This document shows, piece after piece, positions 61,351 through 64,000 of a stretch of DNA of 64,000 nucleotides (position 1 is the first letter of the stretch; each line of letters opens with the position of its first letter). Below the pieces are notes generated by a model. It worked only from the letters and a program-made list of their open reading frames with translations, was not told the DNA's origin and did no database searches. Position numbers and translations under genes: made by a program. The stretch comes from the human T2T-CHM13v2.0 reference genome, Homo sapiens: the NCBI RefSeq assembly GCF_009914755.1, contig NC_060927.1; one strand, written 5' to 3'.

Positions 61351-64000
61351 TAATATTCCTAATATGTAAGTCTTTATACAGCCAAAGTATCAGAATTCTT
61401 ATCTTTGATCATGTGTGGGGCAGCAGGCACTATTCATCAGAAATGAAATAAATAGATCTACTAGAAAATAATTGTTGACCATACACAGCAGACAATTTAG
61501 TGCTGACCTTTGTCCAAAGATGATTGAATGATTGAGAGTCAAGATGTGAAAGAACACAAGAATGCCAAAGAGATTCCATCCCCCCAGTTCGTGTCCTTCT
61601 GTTGCCTTTGCCTGTCCCACGTGCCAGAGCTGAGCGGGACTTTGAGGCTGTGTTTTAGCTAAGTGAGGAAAAGCTGAAGATTGGAAGGGAGAAAATAGTG
61701 GCTTGTGTCATAATGGACTTTTTTTTTGGATCAGGACTCATTTTTTTTCTTTTGGCAATACACGCTTCCTCCTGGAAGTTCTCACTATACTTTCTTTTCC
61801 AGCATTGACTTTTCCTACATTTTTCTACAGTAAATTAATAACAAAGAATGATATCTGCTAAGCAAGCTTTATTTTCCATCTAAATATGCATTTTCAAATT
61901 TCAAGCCTCTTTCTTTGTCTGTTGCCCTTGCTGCTTACTTAAATTTTAAGTGTAAACAGCCAATTTTTTAAAAATAAATTTATTAAGGAAAGCAGAGAGA
62001 TAGATTAATGTACAGTTATGTCACTAAACCAGGATAAAGTTATATACATATATATCTTTGTTTAGGGATCCAGATGCATGGCTGAAAAATAAGGCAATAT
62101 TTACAGCAGGTTAGAGTCATGTGATCTTATTTCAATATAGCCATCGTTTTCCTGGAGGTGAAGCGGTTTTACGTGGGGAAAGAGAATATAGTTTTAAAGA
62201 GCGGGGGGGAGAGACAGAGAGAAACAGAGAAGGAGAGAGAGAAAGAATAGAGAATAAATTCTAAGGGAAAGACAAATTTTGAGGACTGAAAAATGAAAGA
62301 TTCCACCTAAACTTTTCTCATCCAGAATGTAACCCATTAAAGAAAGATGTCAAATAATGCTTAACAGCCTTTTTTAAAAGCCTCTAGAAAGCCTATGTTA
62401 ATCGGACACACTTGTGGTATTGATAGTTTGGTAAGAATCAGTGTCACTGGGTGCAGTTGAAATGCAACGAGAATATCCCAGAAGACACTACATACTAGCA
62501 TTTTAAATATCATGAGTAAGCAATAGTTGGTGGTAAATATCTTGGAGTTAGTGCTGGGAAGAACTGACTCAGTAACTATCTATGCAGGAGTAGCAATTCC
62601 TTGTCAAGAAAGAAAGAAAAGAAAAAGAAAAGGGGGGATTTACAAAAGAATGGGTTTGAGAGTAGAGAAGGAATTAGAAGAGGACAGTTAGGAAAGAGGA
62701 ATCAGAAAACCTATAAAGAAAATTCTCCTATACCAAGGACCTTCTATTCTGAATCCACTCCCTCCTCTTCAGTTAAATGAACTGTTAAAAGACCCAAACC
62801 AAAACTGCAGTTACTCAGCCAACAATAACTTGGGAAGTTAGAGCAGATGGCTCCACCTCTCCATCTGATTACAGCACATCCATAACCTCCCCTCAGCTCA
62901 CTCTCATAGCAACAGGGGAGGACAGGCACACTGAATGGCTGACACTCAAAGGAGGAGGCTGGCAAAGCCATGGCTCGGGTTTTTAGAGTTCAGGCTGATT
63001 TTACAGGCCTATTAATAACACATATGTTGACCACTCAGTTTTCTGATTTTGGGGAATGGCCTAGAAGCAAGCTGCTTTCCTCACCAAAACCCATTTCTTG
63101 CTGGTATGCCATCAAACATGATTATGTAGCCCAAGGAAAGTTCTACTATTTTAGCTGAAAATATATATCACACATTCCTGAGGTTGTAGAGATCGAAATT
63201 GAGCAGGGAAGAAAATATCAACATTTGTTAAATGCCATGAACTCTTGAGCTATGGTTTCAGTCATTTGGGATGTCTTTCCCATGAAAAGATGAATAATGT
63301 CCAAAGATGAAGGGAAATGCAGTCTTCTCACCAAATCATGATTGGAGCACTGGTTCCATATACAGTTGCCTTTTGGGTCCCATGCAGCGCAAGCTGCAAA
63401 AACCTGCCACAATGCTGGTGGGCAATAGACAGCCAGCTTATTGTGGCTGGAATTGGAAAAGCCAAAGATTTTAATCAGGGTGACCCAAAGCAGTCGGGGG
63501 TGGGGGTGGGTGGTGGTGGTTGATTTCTCCTGGAATGTTGAGTGCAGTCAGGTTCCAATAACTTATCTAAAGGCAACATTCTGGTGACCAACTTGAAGTA
63601 CTTCTCTTATTAGGAAATGACAAAGATTTTCAGAGAGGAAAGAGCCATAACAGTAAGGTGGGATACATAGGTTGTTGATACCAGGGTTTGAAAATATAAG
63701 AAGCCCCCAAACCCAAACATTTAATCAACAATGTGAGTAAGACAATAAGTGACTCTTTCTTCATTCGTGTCAAGGGGCATCAAGGAGTGGTGGAGACTAT
63801 GGCGCAATGGATTACCACCAGAATGCCCTTTCTAAATTGGGTGGCCATAATCATAATTGCCCCAGCCAGTGGGCCTGATGCTACAAAGCTCTTTGCTTTT
63901 TGGGGGAGAAGACAGAATCTAGATTATTATATGGGACCTCCTAAATATTAACTGTTGACAATTAATTCTCTATATTTTTAAAATTAAACACTGAGCAGAC

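Overview
AT-rich primate (most likely human) intergenic or deep-intronic DNA. No recognisable protein-coding gene, tRNA, rRNA or CpG island is present. The ORFs in the supplied track are retroelement remnants (L1 ORF2, THE1-int, Alu) or chance ORFs. A large fraction of the window is interspersed repeat: L1MA and L1PA 3' ends, a full-length THE1A provirus with a perfect TSD, MER50 and MER11 solo LTRs, a four-LTR nest, hAT/Tigger DNA elements, Alu, MIR, L2 and L3. Between the repeats lie long repeat-free blocks with retained CpGs and dense homeodomain/SOX/MEIS/RFX motifs (about 7.0-7.6, 30.2-31.7, 49-50 and 53.3-55.5 kb), as expected of conserved enhancers in a developmental-gene desert. The most interesting signal is a compact, internally consistent 3-exon minus-strand transcript model at about 57.9-59.5 kb. 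It has near-consensus splice sites, AATAAA plus a GU-rich downstream element, and a Kozak-initiated 77-80 aa ORF that stays open across the splice junction. Repeat subfamily names come from recalled consensus sequences, not from a database search. The locus itself could not be identified.
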